Of a DNA stretch of 32,000 bases, positions 18,810 through 32,000 are shown in pieces. Position 1 is the first letter of the stretch; every line of letters begins with the position of its first letter. Below the pieces are notes generated by a model, which searched no databases, was not told where the DNA came from, and saw only the letters and a program-made list of their open reading frames with translations. Position numbers and translations under genes: made by a program. This DNA is from Candidatus Harpocratesius repetitus. GTDB taxonomy: Archaea > Asgardarchaeota > Lokiarchaeia > Sigyniarchaeales > Promethearchaeaceae. Where the stretch lies: positions 780,001-812,000 of the forward strand of contig JAIZWK010000001.1 in the NCBI GenBank assembly GCA_021498095.1. Reading direction: 5' to 3'.

Positions 18810-20042
18810 ACCGAAAGTGGAGATCAACATGGTTCCTTCTTCTGTTTCAGTAGAAAATATTTTCACATGGGTGCCTTGGACTTCTGCGATTTTTCCGAGG
18901 TCTTCAATAATGTCAATTTCATCACTTACTTGAAAAGATGTGGAATTACATTTAGGACAGTGTGTTATTCGATATTTCTCTGTAAAGTTGAGAATATCAC
19001 GTGGATCAATTGTGTGATGCTCGTTGTATCCACATTGTTCGCAAGTAATTGTAACTCGACTTTTATTCAAACCTTCTGAAAGAATGAGAACATCTACCGC
19101 TCCTGCTTCGAGAGCTTTTCGTACTTCTTTTTCTCCATAAATTGCCATATCAGTATCTCTGGATATTTCTTCCATGAATTTGCCGAAAATTTTCCTTTCT
19201 TGGACATATCGGAGATTTTGCAGTTTATCCTGAATTTTAATGACCGTTTCTCGAATTCCTGCTTCACCTGAATAACTTACATCCACGAAATCTAAGATTT
19301 TATCTTTCAACCGGTAATCGAGATCTCCTTTTTTGACAAATTTTTCTTTTGCCATTCCTGCTCCACTAACAAAAATACCTTCTAGATCATCAATTTCGAG
19401 AAAAATTTGGTTTGAAATTTCGGAAACCCGTTTGTAAAACGCTTGAGCACCTTCTTCAATCAAGCGTTCCAACCTACGTTGTGATTGACCACCAGCATTA
19501 TGTTTACTATGAACTCCAGATGTCAAAGTTTTAGCAATTTCCAAATGGCTGCCTTTAACCCAACCGATAGCAGCTTCTTTATTTTCAATATTTATAATTC
19601 CATATGTCCCCTTTTCTTCAATCATATCATATAATGGATCAAGTAAAAATTCAGAGGAACAATAATATTTAAAATTCTTAACGGGTTCAGGGGGTTCAAT
19701 TATATACAGTTCACTTCTTTCCGTTCCTGGTTTATTATCTTCAGGAATTTGACCTGAGTACATTAGTAAACCATTAGGAGGAATTTCTTTAATATTTCGT
19801 AATTGTCCTATGAGTGCGGTAATACTATCGATTACATTTTTTCGGTTACCCTTAGATTTAATATTAGAACTTTCTCCAATTTCTTTTTTAAGATAAGAGA
19901 TTACATCAAAAACTTTTCGGGTAGGAGGTATCATTAATGAAATTAAAGCGGTATGAAAACCGGATTTATTTTTTAAGATTTCTAAATTTTTTTTTAATAG
20001 ATAACGTTTATATTGTGAGTCATCAGATTCAATATTAGACAT
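18771..20042 (-). CDS. prf1: Peptide chain release factor aRF1
   Basis: NIKS, YxCxxxF (YYCSSEF), GGQS, archaeal Zn-binding insert (CEQC…CPKC), C-terminal GGIAALLRY. Confidence 0.97.
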   Translation of the reverse strand: MSNIESDDSQYKRYLLKKNLEILKNKSGFHTALISLMIPPTRKVFDVISYLKKEIGESSNIKSKGNRKNVIDSITALIGQLRNIKEIPPNGLLMYSGQIPEDNKPGTERSELYIIEPPEPVKNFKYYCSSEFLLDPLYDMIEEKGTYGIINIENKEAAIGWVKGSHLEIAKTLTSGVHSKHNAGGQSQRRLERLIEEGAQAFYKRVSEISNQIFLEIDDLEGIFVSGAGMAKEKFVKKGDLDYRLKDKILDFVDVSYSGEAGIRETVIKIQDKLQNLRYVQERKIFGKFMEEISRDTDMAIYGEKEVRKALEAGAVDVLILSEGLNKSRVTITCEQCGYNEHHTIDPRDILNFTEKYRITHCPKCNSTSFQVSDEIDIIEDLGKIAEVQGTHVKIFSTETEEGTMLISTFGGIAALLRYKLSF

Positions 20043-20415
20043 AAGGCAAAACCTGGATAATTTTTAATTATTTCGCAAAAATAGCAATTTGGTGCGTTTA
20101 TGAGTAGTAAGGTTAAGATATAGTTTAATCCTTTATTTATTTATTAATGTAATCGTTTTTTTTGTTTTTGTATCTTATTAATTTTTATTTGTTTGAAATA
20201 TTATTGCAAGATAGTTTATACTTTAGTATTCCTCATTTTCTTTGGTTTTATCAACCAATAAGACATCATTATATTTTCTTTATAGGTTATCTGCTCATCT
20301 TACACTTATTTTCATAAATATGCTATCAAGTTGCATTTACTTTTGCGGTAACTTAAATGAATAAAAAGTAGCATAAATTATCAATTTTATTATTTATGGT
20401 AAATAACATTTAGAT

Positions 20416-21192
20416 ATGAAGAGTCCTAATGGGAATCCAATTATTCCTGCAGATCACCCCCGGGCTGAGTCTTTACACTATCGCCATCTTTTGGTAGATG
20501 CTATGCATAAAAAAATCGTAACCCCTTCTGGATTATGTGCTCATGGTCGGGGTGAAGCGTTTGATTATCTTATAGGGGAACAAACAATTTCACCCGCTGA
20601 AAAGAGTATTCAAGCTGCTGTCGCTACATTAATAAAAGCAAAACATCCTGTTATAAGTGTTAATGGCAATGTTGCGGCATTGGTGGGAAAAGAATTGGTT
20701 GAATTGTCTCAATTATTAAATATACCTTTAGAAATTAACATTTTCTACCAAGCCGAAGGTAGAATTGAAGCAATTACAGAACTTTTGCGCGATTTTGGAG
20801 CTAAAAATTTGCTTGGAATTGGGGATTTTACCCCAAAACAACTATCTAAACTTTCATCAAATCGAAGAATTGTGGATCCAAGGGGTATTTATCAAGCTGA
20901 TGTTGTTGTTGTTCCATTAGAAGATGGAGATCGAACAGAAGCACTTATTGCTGCTGGAAAATTCGTTATTGCTATTGATTTGAATCCTCTTAGTCGTACG
21001 GCTCAACAAGCTCATATTACTATTGTGGATAACATCATTCGAGTCATTCCTAAAATGGTTGAAATTGGAAAAATCCTACAAAATGCAACAGATAAAGAAT
21101 TAAATCAAATAGCAAGTGAATTTGATCAATCTCAAAATCTTAAGCAATCGCTTGAATATATTATTAAGTATTTAAAAACTCAAATTAAATAA
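20416..21192 (+). CDS. pps: 4-phosphopantoate--beta-alanine ligase (phosphopantothenate synthetase)
   Basis: HPRAESL, AHGRGEAFDYLIGE, VISVNGN, VPLEDGDRTEAL, IDLNPLSRT. Confidence 0.95.
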   Translation: MKSPNGNPIIPADHPRAESLHYRHLLVDAMHKKIVTPSGLCAHGRGEAFDYLIGEQTISPAEKSIQAAVATLIKAKHPVISVNGNVAALVGKELVELSQLLNIPLEINIFYQAEGRIEAITELLRDFGAKNLLGIGDFTPKQLSKLSSNRRIVDPRGIYQADVVVVPLEDGDRTEALIAAGKFVIAIDLNPLSRTAQQAHITIVDNIIRVIPKMVEIGKILQNATDKELNQIASEFDQSQNLKQSLEYIIKYLKTQIK

Positions 21193-21226
21193 ATCTGACC
21201 TTCACCTTACTCGAGTTAATGTAAAA

Positions 21227-21976
21227 ATGAACGGCGATATACATCAAATCTATGCAGTTCGTCCTTGCTTTTCTCATGATATCCAGAAAGTTATGGAAAT
21301 TAATGAAGCAACTTTACCAGAAAATTATCCATTATTTTTTTATGAACAGATTTTGGAAAGATATCCTGATTCATTTTTACTTGCTTATTCAAGAGAAAAA
21401 CCTCAAATGATTTTAGGTTATATAATGTGGAGAATTGAGCGCGGATCATCTTCTTTTGGTTTAGATTATGTTAAAAAAGCTCATTTAGTGTCCTTAGCGG
21501 TATTACCTAAATTTCGAAGAATGGGAATTGCTTCAAGTCTTTTACAAAACAGTATGAAAGTAGTTCAAAAATACAAAATTTCAGAATATGTATTAGAAGT
21601 TCGAGTTTCTAATACAGGAGCTATTCGATTATATGAAGACGTTCATGGTTTTGAAAAGATTCGTATCATCAGTCGATATTATCGAGACGGTGAAGATGCT
21701 TTTTATATGAGCTATAAATATGATCCTACTTCTCAATATACTCATAAATCAATGGGTATGTCTGATGAGGAAATTTTTAGACATTATTTAAGAATTAATC
21801 AACCACATTTATGCTTTCGGTGCCCAAATTGTCATCATGTGTTAATTAAAGGTTTAAATTATTCTTATTCAGGAAGTATTCATCCAAATGACCCTTCTAC
21901 TTTAACTTGTGCATATTGTAATTCAGAAATTTTAAAATTTTCAATATCTCAAGGAAAATATGATATAAAATTATAA
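21227..21976 (+). CDS. ard1: Ard1/NAA10-like N-terminal acetyltransferase with C-terminal Zn ribbon
   Basis: INE.TLPENY, GYIMWRIE, HLVSLAV…RRMGIA, LEVRVSN..AI.LY, YY.DGEDA; extra CPNC…CAYC tail. Confidence 0.9.
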   Translation: MNGDIHQIYAVRPCFSHDIQKVMEINEATLPENYPLFFYEQILERYPDSFLLAYSREKPQMILGYIMWRIERGSSSFGLDYVKKAHLVSLAVLPKFRRMGIASSLLQNSMKVVQKYKISEYVLEVRVSNTGAIRLYEDVHGFEKIRIISRYYRDGEDAFYMSYKYDPTSQYTHKSMGMSDEEIFRHYLRINQPHLCFRCPNCHHVLIKGLNYSYSGSIHPNDPSTLTCAYCNSEILKFSISQGKYDIKL

Positions 21977-22841
21977 AAATACAAATTAATAAAAATTTTG
22001 AATGTAATTCAAAAGTTTCAAGATTGCATCTTATTTTGTTAGTTTCAGAGAGTAGAATAAAGTTGCTGATCTTTTCTAATATATCATCTGTGAAATTACA
22101 TCTGAATACTTGTAAAAGAATTATTTAATTTAATTTTTAAAAATTTAAGAATTGACAAGTGTTTCTACTAATTTTCCTTTTTTATTTTGATTTCCTTTTT
22201 CAATGATTTTCATTGAATAAATTCGATTGAATTACTTGAGTAAACTATACTAAAAATAAATCTAAGTATGATCAAACTCGTATATATAAAAAAGGATCTT
22301 TTATAGATTTATCCAATAACAATTATCCAGAATAAATTCTCTTGTAATTTAATGAAAAACCTTAAATATAATTACAACGAATTTAAAGTTTCCGAATTTC
22401 CGACATTAAGTTTAAATATCGTATACGATTAAAAATTGTGTGAATTAGTCATTTATTATGATTAAAACACATGAAATTTCTCATGCAATATCGATCAAGT
22501 AAGTTGCTTAAAATAAGCCTTAAGCATACTACTTTGAATGATATTAGAGTGACACTCCCATTCATCATTGGCAGATTAATGCATCAATCTTTGATTGAAA
22601 TGAATGAATAAAACCAAATCACTCAACATGCTTTTGCATGTGCATTGGTCCCATGGCAAAATTTTGTTCGTATAATTCAAATTGAGTAAATACGGACAAT
22701 GTAGTATGATTTCAATAGCTCTTCCCTATTTTAAAATAAATTGTGTAAACCAAATAACCGTAATTTTATGGAAGATAACGCGTAATGGAGTAAATGAGAC
22801 ATATCGTCTCTGATAAGTAATCAGGGCTTGTTCCTGATTAA

Positions 22842-25944
<3,103 letters not shown>

Positions 25945-26104
25945 GGAAAAGGAACATATGGGCCCTGGCTTTGAGTCAGGACTCCAGAACGCGCTATGAA
26001 ATTAACTACAAAATTTTGTCATGGGATAAAAATTTCTATCTTTTTATATTCTTTTTCGATATTTATTTTACTTTAGATAATTAATTTTTGAAAGTGGAAA
26101 AAAC

Positions 26105-26365
26105 ATGAGGAAAATTTTAATCGTTTGTCCTATTTGTAATAAATCCAAACGAATACCAGTTCCTGAATCTATTTTTCATATTGAAGAAGGTTCTTTATTA
26201 AAAATACCTATTAAAAAAAACACAATTTGTTCTCATGAATTTATTTTAATAATTGATTATAATTTTTCAATTAGAGATTATGAAATTGATAAAGATGAAA
26301 TTAAAAGAATTCAGCAAATAAAAAAGAAAAATGAAGATTTATCTATCTTTGATATAGTTATTTAA
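26105..26365 (+). CDS. Small Zn-binding protein (CPIC…C.H)
   Basis: 86-aa ORF with CxxC and CxH motifs. Confidence 0.7.
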   Translation: MRKILIVCPICNKSKRIPVPESIFHIEEGSLLKIPIKKNTICSHEFILIIDYNFSIRDYEIDKDEIKRIQQIKKKNEDLSIFDIVI

Positions 26366-26374
26366 ATTTATTTT

Positions 26375-27577
26375 TTATGTTGGTTCAAAAATAATTATGA
26401 TCGATTTTTCATCATGGAATACTTGTAATTTTTGAATTTGTTGAGTAATTCTATAATTTTTTTCTGTAACACCAACGATTTCAAGATTATAATTTCCTGG
26501 TTCGACAGGAATTACTATATCAAAAGAGAAAATTGTTTCTTTATTTGGATTTAAATGAATTTGTGATATTCGTTTAAAATAATTACTATACTTATAATGT
26601 ATTTCTAAATCAATAGTAAAAGAAACCGATTCAGGATTATAGAATATAATGTCTATTTTTTCAGAAATGACTTTGATAAAATTATTTTTGATATTTATTT
26701 GAACTAAATCTTCACTTGTTTTTAATGAATTCAGTATTTCTTTTGATCTTTGTAGTCGAAAAGAGTGATTTTTATGAAAAATTGGATTTCCAAATTGTAT
26801 TTTTGGAAGTTGATTAAATTCTTCAAAAAATGGTGTAGCTTCTCTTGAATTTGAAAGATTGCTAATTTTGACATAACTCAAGATTTTTTCGTATGTTAGA
26901 TCTCTTTTTTTATCTAGTTTTGGTAGTTCTAAAACATAAAGAGGTGAAAAAATAACACTTCCAAAATTTGCAACTTGAAAACTATCTTGTCGTTTAATTA
27001 TTTGTAAAATTGATTGTAAATTTATATTTTTTAAGATGAAAGGAGCCACTATTATTCCATTTAGTTCTAAGTTGCTAATTATTGTATATGGGATTAGAGG
27101 GATTGCTCCTGTTAGCAAAATCTTTGAAAATTTTTCTTTTTTTTTCAAACCAAATAATGGATTTTGAATGAATAAATTGAAATTTGTGATTTTTGATTTT
27201 TCGAGTTTCTCTTTAGTAAACTTTGCTATCTCTGGTTGTTCTTCAAGAATTGTAATTGATTTTACAACTTTTGATATTACTGCTTCTAAATACCCCCCTT
27301 TGGCGCCTAAAAAGAGGACACGATCTGTTTCATTTAGTTCTAGTAAAGTTGTTATCATACTGATCATATGAGGTGCAGATACAGTTCGATTAATAATATC
27401 ATTTTTATAGAAAAATAATACAGGACGATCTCTTAAAACAAACCATTTGAGTTGTTCATGTGTGAAAAACGCTTCTAAAGGAAGTTCTTTCAAAATTTGA
27501 AATATCTTTTTATTTCTAAGATAACCCATTTTTATATGATTTAATAATAATTGTAAGAATAGTTTCTGATAATCCAT
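26375..27577 (-). CDS. pcm: Protein-L-isoaspartate O-methyltransferase-like protein with C-terminal beta-rich extension
   Basis: TVSAPHMIS (cf. TISAPHM), degenerate SAM motif VLFLGAKGGY, ILLTGAIP.IP..L..NGIIVAP; additional ~180-aa C-terminus. Confidence 0.75.
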   Translation of the reverse strand: MDYQKLFLQLLLNHIKMGYLRNKKIFQILKELPLEAFFTHEQLKWFVLRDRPVLFFYKNDIINRTVSAPHMISMITTLLELNETDRVLFLGAKGGYLEAVISKVVKSITILEEQPEIAKFTKEKLEKSKITNFNLFIQNPLFGLKKKEKFSKILLTGAIPLIPYTIISNLELNGIIVAPFILKNINLQSILQIIKRQDSFQVANFGSVIFSPLYVLELPKLDKKRDLTYEKILSYVKISNLSNSREATPFFEEFNQLPKIQFGNPIFHKNHSFRLQRSKEILNSLKTSEDLVQINIKNNFIKVISEKIDIIFYNPESVSFTIDLEIHYKYSNYFKRISQIHLNPNKETIFSFDIVIPVEPGNYNLEIVGVTEKNYRITQQIQKLQVFHDEKSIIIIFEPT

Positions 27578-27931
27578 GTTGTTATCTCCCCCTAAAATAT
27601 TCAGAAAATTTAACTACTTATTTTTAACTCATTTTGAAAAAATATACAAATTATTAAGTTTATCTTGTTGAACGAATATGTTTGTCGAAGATTTATAATA
27701 ACATGTCTCTAAAATTTCTATTTTAATATAATAAAAAATCTCTTGTTAAAAATCAAAAGAAAAATACCTAAAATGAATTAAAAATCAAATCTTTAATTAA
27801 ATAATAAAGTGAATATCTAAACAGATTCCTAAAAACCTAAAATAAATATTTAAGGATTTATTTTATTATATCAAATAAGAGCCTTTATTTTACTGAATAT
27901 TGATTTCTCGAATAATAATGAGGATTATTCT

Positions 27932-29149
27932 ATGGCCATCGAAAAAGAAAAAGAATCTGAAGCTTCCATTGAAAAAGAGAAGGATTCAAACTATTTAATA
28001 ACATACACGCGGCATTTGGAACGTAGACTCCGTAATTTAGAAGCTACCAAATCAAAATTAGAAAGAGAATTGCTAGCAAGTCAAAGGGATTTGGATAATT
28101 TACGGAAGGAATTAGATCGTCTCCGTCAACCTCCATTAATATCTGCTCATGTTACAGATATTTTACCTGACCATAGAGCAATCGTTAAATCTAGTTCTGG
28201 ACCATCATTTATCGTCAATATTGCGCCAAAAGTAAATATAGATGAATTACATGTGAATGATCGAGTAGCTCTTAACCAACGGACATTTTCTATCATGGAA
28301 AGATTACCTACAATAGTAGATCCTCTTGTTCAAGTTATGGAAATCACTGAAAAACCAGATGAATATACATATGATGATATTGGTGGATTAGATGAACAAT
28401 TGATTGAAGTAAGAGAAACTGTTGAAAAACCTCTTTTAAATCCTGAATTATTTGAGAAAGTAGGTGTTATTCCTCCTAAGGGAATACTATTATATGGTGT
28501 GCCCGGAACAGGAAAAACTATGATGGCTAAAGCAGTCGCTAATGCTACTCAAGCAACTTTTATTCGGATTATTGGGAGTGAATTAGTCCAGAAATTTATT
28601 GGAGAAGGTGCACGGATGGTTCGTGAGCTTTTTGAAATGGCTCGTAATCATGCACCAGCAATAATTTTTATCGATGAATTAGATGCAATTGGATCAAAAA
28701 GATTACAAGTTGCAACTTCTGGTGATCGAGAAGTTCAACGAACATTAATGCAGCTTTTAAGTGAATTAGATGGATTTAATAATCGAGGTGATATTCGAAT
28801 AATTGGTGCTACAAATCGACCTGATATATTAGATCCTGCATTATTGCGACCTGGTCGATTTGATCGTTTGATCGAATTCCCTCCACCAGATGAAGAAGCT
28901 CGAATTAAAATTTTTGAAATCCATAGTAAATCTATGAATTTAGAGAAAAAAGCAAGAAATTTCAAGCAATTTTCTCACTTAACAGAAAATGCAACTGGAG
29001 CAGAGATTAAAGCAATTGTAATGGAAGCTGGAATGTTTGCTATTCGAGATAATTCAGAAGAAGTTAAAGTAAGTCATTTTAAAAGAGCTATTGCTAAAGT
29101 AATGAAAACATCCAAGAAAACACATGATAAATTTGAAATGTATGCTTAA
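27932..29149 (+). CDS. pan: Proteasome-activating nucleotidase
   Basis: N-terminal coiled coil and OB fold, Walker A GVPGTGKT, pore loop KFIGEG, Walker B IIFIDELD, SRH ATNRPDILDPALLRPGRFDR, C-terminal HbYX tail MYA. Confidence 0.97.
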   Translation: MAIEKEKESEASIEKEKDSNYLITYTRHLERRLRNLEATKSKLERELLASQRDLDNLRKELDRLRQPPLISAHVTDILPDHRAIVKSSSGPSFIVNIAPKVNIDELHVNDRVALNQRTFSIMERLPTIVDPLVQVMEITEKPDEYTYDDIGGLDEQLIEVRETVEKPLLNPELFEKVGVIPPKGILLYGVPGTGKTMMAKAVANATQATFIRIIGSELVQKFIGEGARMVRELFEMARNHAPAIIFIDELDAIGSKRLQVATSGDREVQRTLMQLLSELDGFNNRGDIRIIGATNRPDILDPALLRPGRFDRLIEFPPPDEEARIKIFEIHSKSMNLEKKARNFKQFSHLTENATGAEIKAIVMEAGMFAIRDNSEEVKVSHFKRAIAKVMKTSKKTHDKFEMYA

Positions 29150-29216
29150 TGGCACTTTTTTTCTGATTTTAACTTATTTCATTTTTTTATTATTTGATAA
29201 TAATAATGATGTTCAT

Positions 29217-29726
29217 ATGTCGCTAAATAATTACAATCAAGATGAAATTGAATCATTACTTCGCGGAATTTTTACATATCAATTCAATGCTTCCGTCGCT
29301 TCTGTCTTATTAAGCACTTTTCCTAAAATGACATTTAAGTTTTCCCATAAAACCAAAAAATTAAAGTATATTTATGTTGATAACCAGATTTTTGCTTCTT
29401 ATCGGCCTCAAACTGGCACATTTTCATTAGGTTTTGGGGCTGCTAACCTAATTCTACATCATACATCAATGCCCACTTTACGTGTGGTCGTTCTAACCGA
29501 AGTGCAAGATTTCATCAAAGATGGAAAATCAGTTTTCTCTCAACATGTCGTTGATGTTGATCCTTCTCTCCATATTGGTGATGAAGTTATTATTGTCAAT
29601 GAAACTGATGAGCTTCTTGCAATTGGTAAGCTTTTCTATCCCCCTATTTATATAAGACAAAGAGTCAAAGGGAGCTGTGTAAAAGTCCGAAAAGGCATCC
29701 ATTCCATCAATTCTCTAAAAGAATAA
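29217..29726 (+). CDS. PUA-domain RNA-binding protein (archaeosine TGT C-terminal-like)
   Basis: GKSVFSQHVVDVD..L.IGDEV.IVNE.D.LLAIGK…VKVRKG; probable start at ATG 29217. Confidence 0.85.
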   Translation: MSLNNYNQDEIESLLRGIFTYQFNASVASVLLSTFPKMTFKFSHKTKKLKYIYVDNQIFASYRPQTGTFSLGFGAANLILHHTSMPTLRVVVLTEVQDFIKDGKSVFSQHVVDVDPSLHIGDEVIIVNETDELLAIGKLFYPPIYIRQRVKGSCVKVRKGIHSINSLKE

Positions 29727-29786
29727 AATTTTATTGTCTTTTTGTATTTATATTTTTATTATAATCATTATAGGAGACTATAAATC

Positions 29787-30305
29787 ATGGGAAAACTACC
29801 TAAATCAATGCAGAATAAAAAAAAACAAGCAAGAGAATTACGCGCTAAAGGAAGTGCTACTCTTCAGAAACGGCATCGGGCACCTCCAATTCCTCAAAAT
29901 CGCCAAATGCGTCGACGACTGAAACAACAAGGCATAGGTGATATGGAGCAAATTGAAGCAAATCGTGTTATTATTCAAACTGATACAGAAGATTTAGTAA
30001 TTGAAGCACCTCAAATAATTCGAGTGAATCAACAGGGAATGAATGTATATCAAGTAATTGGTAATGCAGAGTCATATCCTTCTGGAACTTATTCAGGACA
30101 AGCTTCTGAAGTATCAGAGAGCGTTGAAGAAGTGAAAGATATTGAAGACACAAATGCTGATTTATCTCTTAATGTGGAAATTACTGAACAAGATATTCAA
30201 TTAGTCGTCATGCAAACTAATGTTTCTCCTGAAATCGCTAAGCAAACTCTTCAAGAAACTAATGGGGATCTTGCTAAAGCGATTATTAAATTAAAAACGC
30301 AATAA
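29787..30305 (+). CDS. nac: Nascent polypeptide-associated complex protein
   Basis: QMRRRLKQQGI, VIIQT..DLVIEAPQI…G..VYQVIG; C-terminal UBA DIQLVVMQTNVS…GDLAKAIIKL. Confidence 0.93.
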   Translation: MGKLPKSMQNKKKQARELRAKGSATLQKRHRAPPIPQNRQMRRRLKQQGIGDMEQIEANRVIIQTDTEDLVIEAPQIIRVNQQGMNVYQVIGNAESYPSGTYSGQASEVSESVEEVKDIEDTNADLSLNVEITEQDIQLVVMQTNVSPEIAKQTLQETNGDLAKAIIKLKTQ

Positions 30306-30374
30306 TTCGCTAAAATTTAATGTCTGTTCCAAAATTTTTTTTAATTTTATCGAAATTAGCTTCTTTGATTATAT

Positions 30375-30686
30375 ATGTCTGCTATTGCCTCAAAAAAAAC
30401 GGAAAAACTGGATGGACCAGAAAAAATATTGTTTTATATGAGCTTTGTATTTCTGGGCACTATAGTAGTTATACTCATTCTGGTGGCGTTATTTTCCTGG
30501 GATCTCTTTTCAACTAATGTTTTAGCACCAATTATTTACTTTCTTATATTAACTGGCTTAGTTCTCAGTTTTGGAACCTTGTTGAAAGAAGTTCCAAATT
30601 CGAAAAAATTGATTTTAAATTGGTTTTATGGATTTATTAGTCTTAGCTTTATTATTGGGATTGTATTAGGTGTTTTTATGTGGTAA
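30375..30686 (+). CDS. Small membrane protein (3 predicted TM helices)
   Basis: 103-aa ORF with three hydrophobic segments. Confidence 0.7.
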   Translation: MSAIASKKTEKLDGPEKILFYMSFVFLGTIVVILILVALFSWDLFSTNVLAPIIYFLILTGLVLSFGTLLKEVPNSKKLILNWFYGFISLSFIIGIVLGVFMW

Positions 30687-30707
30687 TTTTTCCATTGCCA
30701 TTATTTC

Positions 30708-31028
30708 TTATTTTTTTCCTATCATTTTATTAAGTTCAACTATTTTTTGGTCAATAATAGATGAGAATTCTCGATTATTTGAATCTTCCACAAATCTAAA
30801 TGCTTGTAAGTATTCTTCTAAAGCTTTTTGATGAAATCCTAAATGTTCTAGTAAATTTGCTTTTTCTGCCATAGATTTTGCAATTCCAAATCGATTGGAC
30901 AGCTGAAGCTTTAATTTAATAATTTGATTGTAAATTTCTAAAGCTAAAGGGTAATTTTCATTTTTTTTAGCGATTTCTAAATTTTGAGCAAGTTTGTACA
31001 ACTCAATGATATCTTTCATTTCTTTCAT
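30708..31028 (-). CDS. Small TPR-like protein
   Basis: Helical repeats YPLALEIYNQII… and LG..QKALEEYLQA. Confidence 0.7.
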   Translation of the reverse strand: MKEMKDIIELYKLAQNLEIAKKNENYPLALEIYNQIIKLKLQLSNRFGIAKSMAEKANLLEHLGFHQKALEEYLQAFRFVEDSNNREFSSIIDQKIVELNKMIGKK

Positions 31029-31149
31029 ATTTTGACAAATTGGAACTAAACTTTTGAAATCACTTACTATTCAGATCATATCACTATATTCTTTATTCAT
31101 TCTTATGCATTGGAAAAGCATTTATGATTTTAAACGATTAATTATTTAT

Positions 31150-31905
31150 ATGAATCAACTTGCAGAAATATCTCCTAGTGCCAATAAATATCGCATTGTA
31201 TGCAAAGTAGCTAATCCAATTAACAAGTTGATATGCTTTTATTCATTTGACAAAGGAAATTCTTGGGTATCTCAAGTCATGATCCCCACTAATGAGTTTG
31301 AATATTTAATGTATATTTCTGATATTCCCTCCTTCTCTTCTATTTATCTCTTTTTTCAAATTGAAACTTTGGATTCAAATATCATTATTGATAGTAATAA
31401 TGGTATTTTTTATCAACTTTTATCCCAAGATGATGATTTCACTCCTTCAATTCAAACAGATTCAAATAACATTTCTGAATTTCAAGATTTAAACGATGAT
31501 TATGGATCAATAGAAGACAATAAGCCAGATCTTGAAAACTTACATGAAAGTCTTCCTTCTTACAATGCACCTTCTCCTATTTCTTCTTCATTTTTGTCAT
31601 CTCCGTCCATAGTTCAATCCGAATTTCCTGAAAATTTACAACCTTCCAAAGAATCTTCTTCTTCCAGTTTAGCTATTCGTTCTTACAACCCTTTTAATTC
31701 TTCTTCATTAAGTAAACCTCTTCCCTCCCAAAAAATCATCAAATTTAGGCAATCTCACATTAGCGATATTTCTATTACTTCCAAATCGAAGTCAAAATCA
31801 CGTGATATGAAAAGTAAGATTGAATTTTTCACTTGTCAAAAGTGCAACGGACGATTTCCTGAACCCCTTTCTATTTGTCCATACTGCGGATCCCAGAATA
31901 ATTAA
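31150..31905 (+). CDS. Hypothetical protein: N-terminal beta domain, Ser/Pro-rich linker, C-terminal Zn ribbon
   Basis: Probable start ATG 31150; SNNGIFY segment (possibly carbohydrate-binding, weak); CQKC…CPYC at the C-terminus. Confidence 0.65.
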   Translation: MNQLAEISPSANKYRIVCKVANPINKLICFYSFDKGNSWVSQVMIPTNEFEYLMYISDIPSFSSIYLFFQIETLDSNIIIDSNNGIFYQLLSQDDDFTPSIQTDSNNISEFQDLNDDYGSIEDNKPDLENLHESLPSYNAPSPISSSFLSSPSIVQSEFPENLQPSKESSSSSLAIRSYNPFNSSSLSKPLPSQKIIKFRQSHISDISITSKSKSKSRDMKSKIEFFTCQKCNGRFPEPLSICPYCGSQNN

Positions 31906-32000
31906 TATATCAGAATTACAAAAAAAAATTAATAAATTTGCATATTTCCCATTTATATTCTTCTAACATTTTCATCAAAATCAGACTAAAAAAGTTGGAT

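Overview
AT-rich archaeal window, most consistent with an Asgard archaeon (Lokiarchaeia-like). Support: a Rab-like GTPase, a Loki-CTERM-type surface anchor, a stand-alone 23S rRNA with an enlarged ES39, and archaeal pok/pps/aRF1/PAN/NAC genes. The left part (about 2.9-16.9 kb) is an accessory zone built around two tRNA-Leu genes on the minus strand, each with two introns and invisible to the ORF track: Leu-TAA at 5556-5721 and Leu-CAA at 15787-15949. A 17-bp copy of the Leu-TAA 3' end at 2866 delimits a 2.7-kb island with two orphan genes. The C-terminal 66 aa of one orphan recur (73% identical, decayed) at nearly the same distance from the 3' end of the second tRNA-Leu, which suggests an undescribed tRNA-Leu-targeting element family with no recognisable integrase. 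Between the tRNAs lie ISH3-like remnants, a 5'-truncated group II intron, a DUF285/BspA surface protein, a subtilase pseudogene and a PAS hybrid histidine kinase. The right part is core genome: pyrH, pok, aRF1 (followed by an in-frame duplicate of its own C-terminus), pps, ard1, 23S rRNA, pcm-like, pan, a PUA protein and nac. All calls were made by eye; no database searches were run.
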